Assembly (NCBI GenBank): GCA_964016885.1
Contig: OZ024744.1
Coordinates: 53,506,001-53,570,000, forward strand
Origin: Eledone cirrhosa
Lineage: Eukaryota
Direction of reading: 5' to 3'
Length of the DNA: 64,000 nt
In this document: one piece after another, positions 1 through 12,502 of the stretch
Layout: each line of letters opens with the position of its first letter
Numbering within the stretch: position 1 is the stretch's first letter
Translations under genes and position numbers: made by a program
Notes under the pieces: model-generated
Databases searched by the model: none
What the model saw: the letters and a program-made list of their open reading frames with translations, nothing else
What the model was told of the DNA's origin: nothing

Positions 1-2900
1 ATGACCACCAGCACTCTCAATAAAAATAACTATGACCACAAGCACTCTCACCAACACCACTATGACCACCAGCACTCTCATCAACATCACCACCATCACT
101 ATGACCACCAGCACTCTCAGCAATATCACTATGACCAGCAGGACTCTCACCAACATTACTATAACCACCAGCTCTCTCACCAACATCAATATGACTACCA
201 GCACTCTCACCAACATCACTATGACTACCAGCACTCTCAACAGCATCACCAATATCACTATGAGCCCCAGCACTCTCACCAACATCACTATGACCACCAC
301 CTCCCTCACCGACATCACCAATATCACTATGACCACCAGCTCTATCCCCAACATCACTGACCACCAGCACTCTTACCAACATCACTATGACCACCAGCAC
401 TGTAACCAACATCGCTATGACCACCAGCACTCTCACCAAAATCACATATATCTGTTTGACCACCAACATTACAATGACCAGCAGCACTCTCAGCAACATC
501 GCTATGACCACCAGCACTCTCACCAACATTACTGTGACCATCAACATTCTCACCAACATCACTATGACCACCAGCACTCTCAGCAAGATCACCTTATTAC
601 TATGACCACCAGCACTCTCACCAACATCACCAATATCACTATGACAACCAGCAGTCTCACCAACATAACCAATATCAGTATGACTACCAGGATTCTCAGC
701 AATATCACTATGACTACCAACACTCTCACCAACATCACTATGACCACCAGCACCCCCAGCAATATCCATGTGACCAACAGGACTTGCACCAGCATCACTA
801 TGACCACCAACACTGTCACCAACATAAGCATTATCACTATGACCAACAACACTCTCGCCAACATCACCAATATGACTGTGACAACCAGCACTCTTACCAA
901 CACTACCAAGATCACTATGACCACCAGCACTCTCACTATCATTACTATGACCACCAGCACTCTCACCAAGATCACTATGACCACTAGCACCCCCACCAAT
1001 ATCCCTATGACCACCAGCACTCTCAAAAACATCACTATGACGACCAGCACTCTCACCAAAATCATTATGACCACCAGCCCTCTCACCAACATCACTATGA
1101 CCACCAACTCTCTCACCAACATCACCAATATCACTATGATCACCAACATACTGACCATCATCAATATGACCACCAGTTCTCTCACCAATATTACTATGAC
1201 AACCAGCACTCTCACCAACATCACTATGACCACCAGCACTCTCACCACGATCACTATGACCACCAGCACCTCCAGCAACATCACCAATATCATTATGCCC
1301 ACCAGCACTCTCCCCAATATCACTATGACCACCAGCCCTCTCAACAACATCACTATGACCACAGCACTTTCAACCACATCACTATAACCACCAGCACTCT
1401 CACCAAAACCACCAACATCACTATGGCCACCAGCAGTTTCGACAACTTCACTAGGACCACCAGCACTTTCACCAACACCACTATAACCACCAGCACTCTA
1501 ATCAATATCACTATGACGACCAGCTCTCTCACCAACATTACTATAACCACCAGCTCTCTTACCAACATCACTATGACCACCAGCATGCTCACCAACATCA
1601 CTATGACCAGCAGCACTCTCACCACCATCACCAATATCACTATGACCCCCAGCACTCTCACCAACATTACTATGAGCACCAGCACCCTCACCAACATCAC
1701 GAACATCACTATGACCACCAGCTCTCTCAGGAACATCACTATGACCACCAGTACTCACACCAACATGATTATGACTACCAGCACTCTCACTATCATTACC
1801 ATGATCACCAGCACTCTCAACATCATCACTATGACCACCAGCACTCTCGAAAACTTCACTATGACCATCAACACTTTCACCAACACCACTATGACCACCA
1901 GCACTATCACCAATATCACTATGACGCCCAGCATTCTCACCAACATTACTATGACCAGCAGCACTCACACCAACATCACTATGACCACCAGCACTCTCAC
2001 CATCATCACTATGACCACCAGCACCTTCACCAACATCAGTAATATCATTATGCCCACCACCACTCTCACCAATATCACTATGACCACAGCACTCTCAACT
2101 ATATCACTATGACCACCAGCACTTTCACCAACCCCACTATGACCACCAGCAAGCTCACCAACATCACTATGACCACCAGCACTCTCACCACCATCACCAA
2201 TATCACTATGAGCCCCAGTACTTTCACCAACATTACTATGAACACCAGCACTCTCACCAAAATCACCAACATTACTTTGAACACCAGCACCCTCACCAAC
2301 ATCATGAACATCACTATGACCACCAGCTCTCTCAGGAACATCACTATGACCACCAGCACTCTCACCAACATGATTATGACTACCAGCACTCTCAGCAACA
2401 TCACCATTATTACTATGCCCACCAGCACTCTCACCAACATCACTATGACCAGCAACATTCTCACCAATATCCCCAATATCACTATGACCACCAGCACTCT
2501 AACCAACATCACCAACATCACTATGACAACCAGCACTCTCAGCAATATCCCTATGACCACCAGCACTTTCACCAGCATCACTATGACCACCAGCACTGTC
2601 ACCAACATCACCATTATCACTATGACCAACAACACTCTCAACATCATCACCAAGATCACTAAGACCAGCAACAATCTCACTATCATAACCATGATCACCA
2701 GCACTCTAAAAATCATCACTCTGACCACCAGCACTCTGACCAAAATCACTATGACCATCAGCTCTCTCACCAACATCGCTATGACCACGAGCACCCTCAC
2801 CAGCAACACTATGCCCACCAGCTAGCTCACCATCATCACCAATATCACTATGATCACCAGCACTCTCACTAAAATTACCAAGACTACCCTCACCAACATG
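1..2900. repeat. 30-bp minisatellite (ACCAACATCACTATGACCACCAGCACTCTC)n with 39-bp variants; runs off the window start
   Basis: Direct tandem periodicity. Frames read (TNITMTTSTL)n or (HQHHYDHQHS)n but switch at several indels. Confidence 0.95.
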
Positions 2901-3180
2901 ACCACGAGCACCAACATCACCACCACCAACATCATCACCACCAACATTACCAACAACAACATCCTCACCACTACATCATCACCAATATCACCACCACGGA
3001 CATCACCACCTCGAACATCACCAACAACAACATCATCACCACACCATTACCAACATCACCACCTCCAACATCACTACCACCATCATCACCACCAACATCA
3101 CCAACAACAACATCATTACCAACATCACCACCACCAATAACAACAACTTCACCAACAACCACCCTAACCCTAACAACAAT
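2900..3180. repeat. Degenerate (CAC/CAA/CAT)n low-complexity tract
   Basis: Trinucleotide low complexity. Confidence 0.85.
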
Positions 3181-3363
3181 GTTCAAGGGCAACTTCAAAG
3201 AAGAAGAAATCAATCGAACGTTCCAAAACTCATTATCATCGATAAAAATACAGAAGAAACAGTCGATTAAGAAAACCTATGAATGGGAAAACTTTAGTTC
3301 CTTGTTATTGTTGTGGTTGTTGAAGTTGTTCTTGCTTTATATAGGTGTTGTCTTCAACATCAA

Positions 3364-3665
3364 TTTTTTTTTTAAACACTTTATTGTGTTGTATGAGATG
3401 ACAGAATGGTATTTAACTAATGTATTGGTACGCGATAGGGCCCACCCACAGCCCCGGTGGACAGAATGGAGAAGGCGTTTCCTCGGAAGAAGGCAAGGGA
3501 GACGCGCTGGAAAAGCCACTCCAACTCGCGGGGCTCACACCTGCGGCTGGCCAGCTCAGCGCCTATGGTGGTGAGTAAGGAGGTAGCCCCGGAGTCGAGG
3601 ACACCAGAAGTCTCCACTGCCAGGGGAACGACCGCAAACCTGTCGGAGAGCGACCGGTTTGTAGG
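3364..3665 (-). mobile_element. 5'-truncated CRE-clade non-LTR retrotransposon 3' end (C-terminus of the RLE endonuclease, AATAAA, poly-A)
   Basis: Minus-strand translation SDRFAVVPLAVETSGVL...EPRELEWLFQRVSLAFFRGNAFSIL matches the recalled CRE-type 'P.AVET.G....QR.S.A..RGNA' motif. Stop at 3417, AATAAA, then an A-tail at 3364-3373. GC-rich island in degenerate (GTT)n. Confidence 0.75.
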
Positions 3666-4139
3666 AGGTGGTTGTTATTGCTGTGGTTGTTGAGATTGTT
3701 GTAGGTGTTGTGGTTTTTGTGGTTGCCTTAAGTATAGTGGTCGTTGTAGTAGTTGTTGTCAATGTTGTTGCATTTGTTGTGGCTGATATTGTAATAGAAG
3801 TTGTTGTTAATGATGATGTAATTATAGTTGTAGTTATTGACCTCGTACAATTTCCTTTGTAAATAATTTTGCGATAGTGTCGTAGTTGACGAAGTCACCT
3901 TTAAAAATAGTATTTGAAATTAACCTAATATATTATAGTAATCGCATTGTTAAATATTGTATAACTAAACCCCCAAAATATGTTGGTTTTTTTTCTCTGT
4001 AAATTTATTAATGAAAGAGCTCAATAAATGTAATAATCAGATATAGAGTGATACCAAGTACCATGTTAAAAAAAACAAACACTTTGGGAATTTAGGCTGA
4101 CCACAGCCTGATGACGCTCGTTAGATCCGTGTCAGTTTT

Positions 4140-4277
4140 ATTACTATTGTTCTTATTGTTGTTGCTGTTATTATTGCTGTTGTTGCTGTTGCTGTTATTG
4201 ATGTTGCTGTTGTTTGTTTTTTGCATAGTTGTTGTTTGTTGTTGTTTTTCGTATAGTTGTTGTTGTTTTTCTTATAG

Positions 4278-4309
<32 letters not shown>

Positions 4310-4410
4310 CTTCTTCTTCTTCTTCTTCTTCTTCTTCTTCTTCTTCTTCTTCTTCTTCTTCTTCTTCTTCTTCTTCTTCTTCTTCTTCTTCTTCTTCTTC
4401 TTCTTCTTCT
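4140..4410. repeat. (GTT)n/(CTT)n compound microsatellite
   Basis: Direct. Confidence 0.95.
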
Positions 4411-4560
4411 TTGCAGCATAAAGTTATAGCTCTTTACATTCTAAGTTCAAATCCCGCCGAGGTTAACTTTGCCTTTTATCCTTACGGGTTCGATAAAATA
4501 AAGTACCAGTAATGTACTGATAATTGCTGGCCTTGTGCCACAAGTAGAAACATTATTATT
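4411..4560 (+). mobile_element. tRNA-derived SINE, 5'-truncated copy
   Basis: B-box-like GTTCAAATCCC, conserved body TTTCATCCTTACGGGGTCGATAAAATAAAGTACC (recalled as Meta-domain-like), 3' end GGCCTTGTGCC..AGTAGAAAC(ATT)n; many copies in the window. Confidence 0.85.
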
Positions 4561-4588
4561 AGTAGTAGTAGTATTTCTACTACTACTA

Positions 4589-4659
<71 letters not shown>

Positions 4660-4661
<2 letters not shown>

Positions 4662-5464
4662 GCTATTTTAAAGCAAAAAACACGTGTTGTTATACTTTGG
4701 GAGGGTCATGCTGCAATAAAAACGCACCTGTTTATTTTCACTTCGATTTATTATAAATTCCTGGTTGTTTGGTTCAATAACCGGATTGTTGTTTATATAT
4801 TGTCAAAACTTTTTGTCACACATTCTGTGACCTCCTCAGTGATTGATTTCTTATTTTGTGTCTCTCTTTTGTTCTGTCCTACACCATCTTGTTTTTGTGT
4901 GTTGTGTGTAGTGTGCTTGGTTTGCGCATGCCTTACATCCATATGTGTGTGTGTTCATTTATGTATGTGTTTATTTACTTGTCATAATTTCGTTGTTTGT
5001 TCTATTTGTGTGTGTTTTGTTTGTTTTATTAGTTTGGTTTTTGTGTGTGTCTGTATCTCTTCATTTTGTCCTTAATTACTAGCTGTGATGTTGCTATTCC
5101 ACTCATGTTTTCTGTTTAATTTTGGTTGGAGTTTGTTTATGTTTGTCGCCTCTGTGATTTGTCAGACCATTGTGTCTTTTCTGTATGTGGATATAATTTT
5201 TCTCTATATGTTCTCCAGTATGCCCCTATGTTCTATTTTGACATGTTAGTGGAGTACTAATGAGTTTTTCCTATCCTGGAGTTCTCACCAGTGTTCACTT
5301 ATCCTTTCTTCTATGCCATGGGCTGTCTCACTTATTTATGTTGTGTTCTTATTCCTACACTGTCCCTCGGTACATCTTATGTTATATTCTACGCTCCTAG
5401 TTTTGCAGTTAGTTTGTGGGCTTTTTTTTCTTCTTTTTTTGAAAATTATGCATTTCCTGTGGTC
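4660..5464 (-). mobile_element. Penelope-like element, inverted arm: degenerate GIY-YIG endonuclease plus pseudo-LTR with hammerhead
   Basis: Minus strand ~5410-5100 reads CKTRSVEYNIRCTEGQC...ISETAHGIEERISEH...QITEATNINKLQPKLN with stops. 4690-4940 is the inverted counterpart of 6770-6998. Hammerhead remnant at 4802-4843. Confidence 0.8.
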
Positions 5465-6998
5465 ATACGCTCAATAATTGAAATGTCCCAGACATATGCA
5501 CCAGCACGGAGGACCTGCTCAGCAGAATCAACGAATGCAACCTATCTAGGGATCTGACGGACTGTACAATAGGTAGCATGGATTCTGTGTCCATCGACGT
5601 TGATTTTGCTGTGGAAAAATGCGTAGAAATGATCAGCGAGAGCGATGTGGAATTCCATGGGATTGATACCAGTAAACTGGAGCTCCTACTTAAACACACA
5701 CACAATAAAAATAATTTTGACACACATGACCTCAAAAGGCCAGAAAATGGCAGACCACCTGTCATTACCTCAACGTCCAAGAAGTGGGTGGGCCAGAGCA
5801 ATACGGACCCCCGAAAACCATGATGAAGTAAAGAAAATAATCGCACATGCGGTGGGGGCCAGTATAAAACTAATCCTTAAGGAACATATGTTCAAGTTTA
5901 ATGGCAAAACATATGCCCAAGAGGAAGGGACAGCCATTGGTGTCAGCATTGCGGGTGAAATAGCTAGCCTCTTTATGGAATGGTGGGACAACAGATTTAA
6001 AGAATGCTTAGATAAGAATATTATAACCCTGATTATGTACTCCCGCTACGTAGATGACATAAACATCGAAGTTAAAAAACCCTACAGGAAAACAGTCAGC
6101 AATTATAGAACAACACCATGGAAAGCATCCAGCAAATAGCTAACTCCATCCACCAGAATATTAAAGTTACTATAGACTACCCAACTAAACACCCCAAACA
6201 TAAATTACCTGTACTAGACACAGAAACAGAGCCGTTTAGGATAACATTAGAATAAACATACTGATTGCCTATTTAATAAGAAAAATGAGGAATGTGTCCC
6301 GCCTGTGAAATCTTAAATAATTAAAGAGACACATACAACACTTTATCAACCGCATGCAGTTCTTTGGTTACAATCAGAGAGACAAGATCAGGGTCTATAA
6401 AGGAGCCAGAACCAAATGGGCAAAGATTGTAGAAAATGATGCAAATGGGACTTGCCTCATGTACAGGAGCAACATTTGGAATAAAATAGAAAGGATTAAA
6501 AAAAAGACAAATAGAATCAACTCATGGTATGATAGCAATAATTACTAGTGTGTAATGTTCGTCACTACAACCCCTAGAGGCGAACTAGCTTACAGATTTA
6601 GAAGGACCCTAGACAAGCTCAAATTAAATATTAAGATAGCTGAAAGACCAGGTATTTCCATAAAAACCCTAATTAGTAGAACATAACCGTTTCAAAAAAC
6701 CTGTTGCACTGATAGGAAATGCATAGTCTGAAAATTAAGCTTACATACTTACTGCAAAACTAGGAACGTACACATAACACACAGGAATAAAATAGTGTAG
6801 CACAGAACAAGGAGGGATACAAAATAAGAAATAAGTCACTGAGGAGATCACAGAATGTGTGACGAAAGAGCTTTTACAATATATAAACAACCATCCGGTT
6901 ATTGAACCAACCATTCGGGAATTTATAATAAATGGAAGTGAAATCCAACCGGTGCATGGGTTTTTATCGACAGTATGACCCTTCCAAAGTATAATAAT
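5465..6998 (+). mobile_element. Penelope-like element, forward arm: RT pseudogene, Cys-rich linker, endonuclease deleted, pseudo-LTR
   Basis: ICTSTEDLLSRIN..IGSMD; FKFNGKTYAQEEGTAIG..IASLFM..YSRYVDDI (5645-6139). CCTDRKC/CKTRNV is followed by a jump straight to the 3' UTR. Confidence 0.85.
6835..6878 (+). ncRNA. Type I hammerhead ribozyme motif (PLE pLTR)
   Basis: gtca-CTGAGGA-(gatcaca gaatg tgtgac)-GAAA-gagct-t..; the inverted copy retains the stem I partner tgac. Confidence 0.7.
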
Positions 6999-7001
6999 AT
7001 A

Positions 7002-7135
<134 letters not shown>

Positions 7136-7299
7136 TATATAGTGTGTATCCATGTTTAAGGAACACTTTCTTACACTGTGCTTACATCAAAAGTTATTTC
7201 ATAATAAAAAATGTGACAATCATTAGTCATAATATGTAATGACATGCGTGTTTATAAATGTGTATAATCTCCGTCTGTAACTGATTACAACTTACACCG

Positions 7300-7515
<216 letters not shown>

Positions 7516-7987
7516 AATGCATTTCCTATTTCAACCACGTTGCTACAGTAAATATTTCGCCTTCTAATCATAATATTCTTTGTAATCTTAATCCTACAGT
7601 TGTCACTGAATAGTTTTCCAGTAAAGTTAGTCATACATTGAATGCTCTGTATCATTCATAAATCTATGCTGGATATTTAAGTAATTATTAAGAATTGCGC
7701 TAACCAGTCGAGGTGTATGATAACGTTATATCTGGACACATACACATTCACAACCGAGACTGTGACGATATGTATATAAATATACACATATTTTAATGTG
7801 TAAGCATGCAAATATTCCAGGAAATAGGAATTTCTCTGTAAATTGAAAAAAAAAAAAAATGATAAAAACCTTTAATCGTCAGAAGGCGTGTATGATATAT
7901 TATTTAAATAGCCACAAGAAAAACATATTTGATGATGTCAAATACCTATTCGCTCTTAGTTGTATTCTGAAATTGAGGTATTAATTT

Positions 7988-8175
7988 GCGGTGGATTGGC
8001 AGTATCGGTAGAGGGTCGGACGCCATGCTTTCCAGCATAGTTACTTCCCTTTACGATCTGAGTTCAAATCCCGCCGAGGTTGACTTTGCCTTTCATCCTT
8101 ACGGGGTCGATAAAATAAAGTACCAGTAATGCACTGGGTTATTGCTGGCCTTGTGCCTAAAGTAGAAACAATTAA
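7988..8175 (+). mobile_element. tRNA-derived SINE, full length
   Basis: A-box-like TGGCAGTATCGGTAGAG, B-box GAGTTCAAATCCC, same body and 3' end as the other copies. Confidence 0.9.
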
Positions 8176-8902
8176 TTTGCATATGTAGAGATATAATTTT
8201 ATCGTACACTTTGGTTGCTTAGCGCACTTCTTCATATATATCTCAATTAACTACCAACATGAGCGCTAATATATTAGATATAAACTAAACATTTAAGACA
8301 CATGCAGCAAAAGTGAAATGAAGTAAAACATTTACCACGCTTAAATCATTGAATAATCCCGCCTCTATGATATGTCTAGTACGTCTATGGACCTTTTTCT
8401 TATTTTGTTTCAACTGCAAAATACGCAGACCATACGCCACTACTATAACAATTTTAACTCTGAAGATAAGCTGTGAAAATCTTGAGGCGTAGATACACTC
8501 ATAGATTCAGAAAAGCTAGAAGCACTCACTAAGCACAAAGAACAAATAAGGAAACACGAACAATGGAAAAGACCAAACATACATGTTTTAATATAACAGA
8601 CACATATCAAGCACTTGTGTATACATATATTGTATGTACATACATATGTTTGTATGTATATGTATGTATATATGTGTATATATAAATATACATACATACT
8701 CAAACATACATACATATATATATATACATACTTATATATATACATACATATATACATACATGCCTACATATATATATAATATATACACATATAAATACCT
8801 ACCTACATACACATATACATACATTCATACACATACACATACATACTTACATGCATGCATACACATATGTATACATACATATACTGCTAAGATTCAGATG
8901 TG

Positions 8903-9990
8903 TCACGCTCGGATATGGCTTTTCAAGCCTGCTAGAGACTGGCACTCCTTCACACACTGATGACAAATGTGGATCTCCCTGGCCTTAGGTCTTGCATCAG
9001 GTTGCCTGTGAACCTTCACAATGCTATGGCGATCATAGTTCACTGGTTCTCTTTGAACATGGCTGCGACTGTGGCTCCTGAGACCAGATTTGCTCAAGCA
9101 AATCTTTCTACACTCAGGGTACACCAATTCAATGGAAACACCGATCGTTTCGAGAGATAGTCCAGGGCATTGCTCACGAACGTCCCGTTTGATCTTCTCG
9201 TGCTGTATGCGTTTGCCCTCAAAATTATGGACCCAATGATTCACCATTCCACACCAAGTTTCTCTTTCAAGAGCTTCTATCTCCCAGTCAGCCACCATCA
9301 AGCCAGTTTTTTTACAATGAGTCCTTTACACAATCTTTGAACCGGAACTTTGGTTTGCTAGGTGGCCTCTTACGTTTACAAAGCTCGCCATACAAAAGTT
9401 GTTTGGGGATTCGATCATCCTCCATTCTGTAGAGGTGTCCGGTCCATCGCAAACGTCGTTGGTGGATGATACTTTCAATGCTCCGACACTCACTTCTCTC
9501 AAGGACCTCAACATCACTCACATGCATCTGCCACTAGATACCGAGCATCTTTCTGAGACACTACTGGGGAAATCTTTCCAATCTTTGGATATGCTGTTTG
9601 TAGGCAACCCATGTCCCACACGCATACAGTTATGCTGACAGTACACATGCGGCATACAGTGTCACCTTGGTCTTCATTGTGATTCCTCGTCTGCAACAAA
9701 GACGACCGCAGCCCCTTCCAAATGACTCAATTGCCTTACCAACGAGTAGACCAACTTCTGCATCCAGAGAGCAGGAGACACTTAGAGTACTCCCCAAATA
9801 CACAAATCTGTCAGCAACCATCAGCGTTTGACCGTATAAATATATGGAGGGTTCATTGAAAACTTTATCCGGAGCAGGTTGGTACATGACCACAGTCTTC
9901 AGACTGATTGTCAGTCCCAAAGCACTGCACGGATTGGAAGAAGAATCCATAAGGTGTTGCATGTCACTCTGGGTGTGCGCAAAGAGATCA
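8903..9990 (-). mobile_element. RTE (BovB-like) LINE 3' fragment, RT C-terminus, frameshifted
   Basis: GLTISLKTVVMYQP..FVYLGSTLS; RRLRWTGHLYRMEDDRIPKQLLYGEL..KRPPSKPKFRFKD; terminal CHQC..GLKSH zinc-finger. Confidence 0.9.
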
Positions 9991-10465
9991 CAATCAACTG
10001 CTTCCCCTTTTCTCTGTATCTCTCACTTCCTTTTACCCCCTCTAGCAGTCACTCTCTCTGTTAGCCTCTTCCTCACACTTTCACTCACTCACTCTCTGCT
10101 ACTCCCTCTCCTTCTTCCTCCCGTTTGACCTGTGCGAGATTCTTTCCTCACGCATATTTCAACCAGGTTTGATGGTCTTTATTCTCTCTCGTCCACGATT
10201 TCACAGAACTTATGTTCATCGATTTCAGGGACTTGACTCCTTCTTCCTCACTTTTCGTTGCATTACCATCTTTGATTGTTTACTGTCTCACTCGTTCCCC
10301 CTATTTACGTGTCCCAACGACTTTCTTTAGCCGTTGCTCGCACCACCGGGGGTATATGGTCTTTAAAGCGATGAAATACCAATGAAGGTTGGAAGATCAC
10401 TGATGAAGGACTAAATATATTCATATGTAACCCTTTGCAACTACACAGCACGTCATGTTTTCATA

Positions 10466-10542
<77 letters not shown>

Positions 10543-10546
<4 letters not shown>

Positions 10547-10725
10547 ACTCACCTTTTGAAAAGCAGAAGAACTGCGAAACCGCTAAAGGAACCAAATAAA
10601 TATATATATTTAAAAAAAAAATAAGACTCCAGTTGCATTTTCGATTTCATCTCTTTTTCTTTATACTTTCACTCGTGTAGGATACCTCGGTTATTTTTCA
10701 TTTTGTAAAAAAAACCTCACTTAAT
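10543..10725 (+). mobile_element. (TA)n-flanked PLE pLTR remnant with degenerate hammerhead (10552-10589)
   Basis: cctt-TTGAAAA-gcag aagaa ctgc-GAAA-ccgc-TA-aagg: stems I and II are perfect, and the core has two changes from CTGAAGA. Confidence 0.65.
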
Positions 10726-10740
10726 AATATATATATATAT

Positions 10741-11172
10741 ATATTATTCAAAATATTAATAAATGAAAAATATTCCCATAATCAAAATATATATTTTATT
10801 ATACATATTTCAAAGGTACAATGGTGTTTAAGTACGTTTTCATCAGACAAAATATAAGATTTTATATGCGACATTCCGCTACGGTTTTCATTATTCAATT
10901 CCAGTATTGGCACTACTGGAATTGAATAATGAAAACCGTAGCGGAATGTCGCATATCAAATCTTATATTTTGTCTGATGAAAACGTACTTAAACACCATT
11001 GTACCTTTGAAATATGTATAATAAAATATATATTTTGATTATGAGAATATTTTTCATTTATTAATATTTTGAATAATATTAAATACTCCAGGAAAATCTC
11101 TTGTCGACTGCTTCTAATCTATTGTAAAATTGTATTCGTTGAATAATCAACGAACCATATTAATCTTTGGTT
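10741..11172. mobile_element. (TA)n-flanked fold-back element: 166-bp inverted arms, 7-nt loop, ~90-nt one-sided tail; PLE pLTR derivative
   Basis: Arms 10741-10906 and 10914-11079 are near-perfect reverse complements; each arm carries a hammerhead. Confidence 0.85.
10964..11030 (+). ncRNA. Type I hammerhead ribozyme with intact core (mirror copy on the minus strand at 10790-10856)
   Basis: tatattttgt-CTGATGA-aaacgtac...gtaccttt-GAAA-tatgta-TA^ataaaatata: 10-bp stem I, 8-bp stem II with one mismatch, minimal near-palindromic stem III. Confidence 0.85.
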
Positions 11173-11199
11173 ATATATATATATATATATATAAATATG

Positions 11200-11492
11200 A
11201 GGGCTGTCCCCTCGTTATCGAGTATGGGCCATTGCACGATATAACATTATTAATCATTATTGATTATTGCTACATGCAATGCCTGTCGTGAAAATATTTT
11301 TTAAAGTGAGGAAAGACTGTGCACTGAGCCAATCCCACTCTCTGAGCGATAGTAGCTATAACCCGAAAAGAACAGATCAACGTCATCGGTAACTACTGAG
11401 CCGCAGGTTTTATGTCGGAGTTATCCGAGTTTCCTGAGTTGCCTTCTCCTAGAAGAATGCCCTGACAAAGGCTAGGGTTCCTTCACTCCTTA
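11200..11492 (-). mobile_element. RTE-related non-autonomous/SINE-like element, diverged copy
   Basis: Shares GAGTT.CCTTCTCCTAGAA...AAAGGCTA and the terminus GGCTG..CTCGTT.TCGAGTA.GG with 11829-12400. Confidence 0.55.
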
Positions 11493-11509
11493 TATACATA
11501 CATTCATAC

Positions 11510-11815
11510 AAACACTATTTATCGGGTGTGTTATAAATTTTATAAATTTTTACCCATTAGTAATTAAGTGCCCTTTCCTAGTTACCTGAAATCTAAATAT
11601 GTCGCAACATCCTTGCCTCCTTATCCTGTTTTTATATTACCTGCATATTATATCTTATAATGTAACTTTTAATTTCTATTTTTCTATTTCTCTATTCTTC
11701 TGAATTTTGGCTTGTTCTAGCCGTTGATATTTTCTGTCTTTTCCTTGCTCTGAAGAGTCCTAATTACTGGGACGAAATCAGCGATTAAAGATTTTTAAAG
11801 GCTTCTTTGTTGATT
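11510..11815 (+). mobile_element. PLE pLTR-like remnant with hammerhead lacking stem III (11746-11783)
   Basis: tgct-CTGAAGA-gtcc taattactg ggac-GAAA-TC-agcg; TA-rich flanks. Confidence 0.55.
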
Positions 11816-11828
11816 TATATATATATAT

Positions 11829-12397
11829 GGTGGCTGCCAACTCGTTTTCGAGTACGGCCACTACTTTATATCCATATAGGAGAACCCCTACCGATGCGCT
11901 GAACTAGTGTGACTTTTAGTCCAGCCAGCGACTTGAAAACTCTGGTACAAACACTACACTTGTGACAATTATTGACACATAGTGCTGGGCTCATGGTACC
12001 ATGTGACGACAAGTGCAGAGAGATCTCCAGATATAAAGCAATGCCTGTGCCGTGAAGCTTTTATAGTGAGCAAAGGCACTGCACAAAGCCAGTCCCACTC
12101 TCTTAACCAAGATGATATTTACCAAAAAGAAGAACAAGTCAACATCATTGGATACCATCAGGGTTGCAGGTGTTATATCAGAGTTTTCCTTCTCCTAGAA
12201 TTCTGCCTTGACAAAAGGCTAAGGGGTCATCTCTCCCGGTGATTTTGGATGGCCATTGACTCTTAAGAGCTCCTTTGACTTTTGACAGGTTTTGTTTTTA
12301 GTCCTGCAGGATGTTCAAAGTCACCCTCCTCACCAAGAAACCTTGGTGGGGTTGCCAGATTAGTCGCCAACGACCCGACCATGAGACAGGTTGTACT

Positions 12398-12400
<3 letters not shown>
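11829..12400 (-). mobile_element. RTE-related non-autonomous (bipartite 5'UTR+3' end) element in (TA)n
   Basis: Minus strand has the recalled RTE 5'UTR motif TAGCC...GGCA...CTAGGAGAAGGAAAACTCTGA; the 5' part recurs at 50015-50168; no ORF. Confidence 0.55.
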
Positions 12401-12442
<42 letters not shown>

Positions 12443-12502
12443 TATTGCTTCCGAACTTTTCGTCTACCAAATTCCACTCTCAAGACATTGATCAACTTGA
12501 CT

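Noticed and set aside
1-2900. CRISPR-like periodicity
   Set aside because: Contiguous tandem units with no unique spacers, no cas genes, eukaryotic context.
4095-4137. CTGATGA hammerhead-like start
   Set aside because: No GAAA box or stem III follows; at best a deleted remnant.
7988-8075. tRNA gene (A/B boxes)
   Set aside because: No cloverleaf; it is the head of a multi-copy SINE with TSDs.
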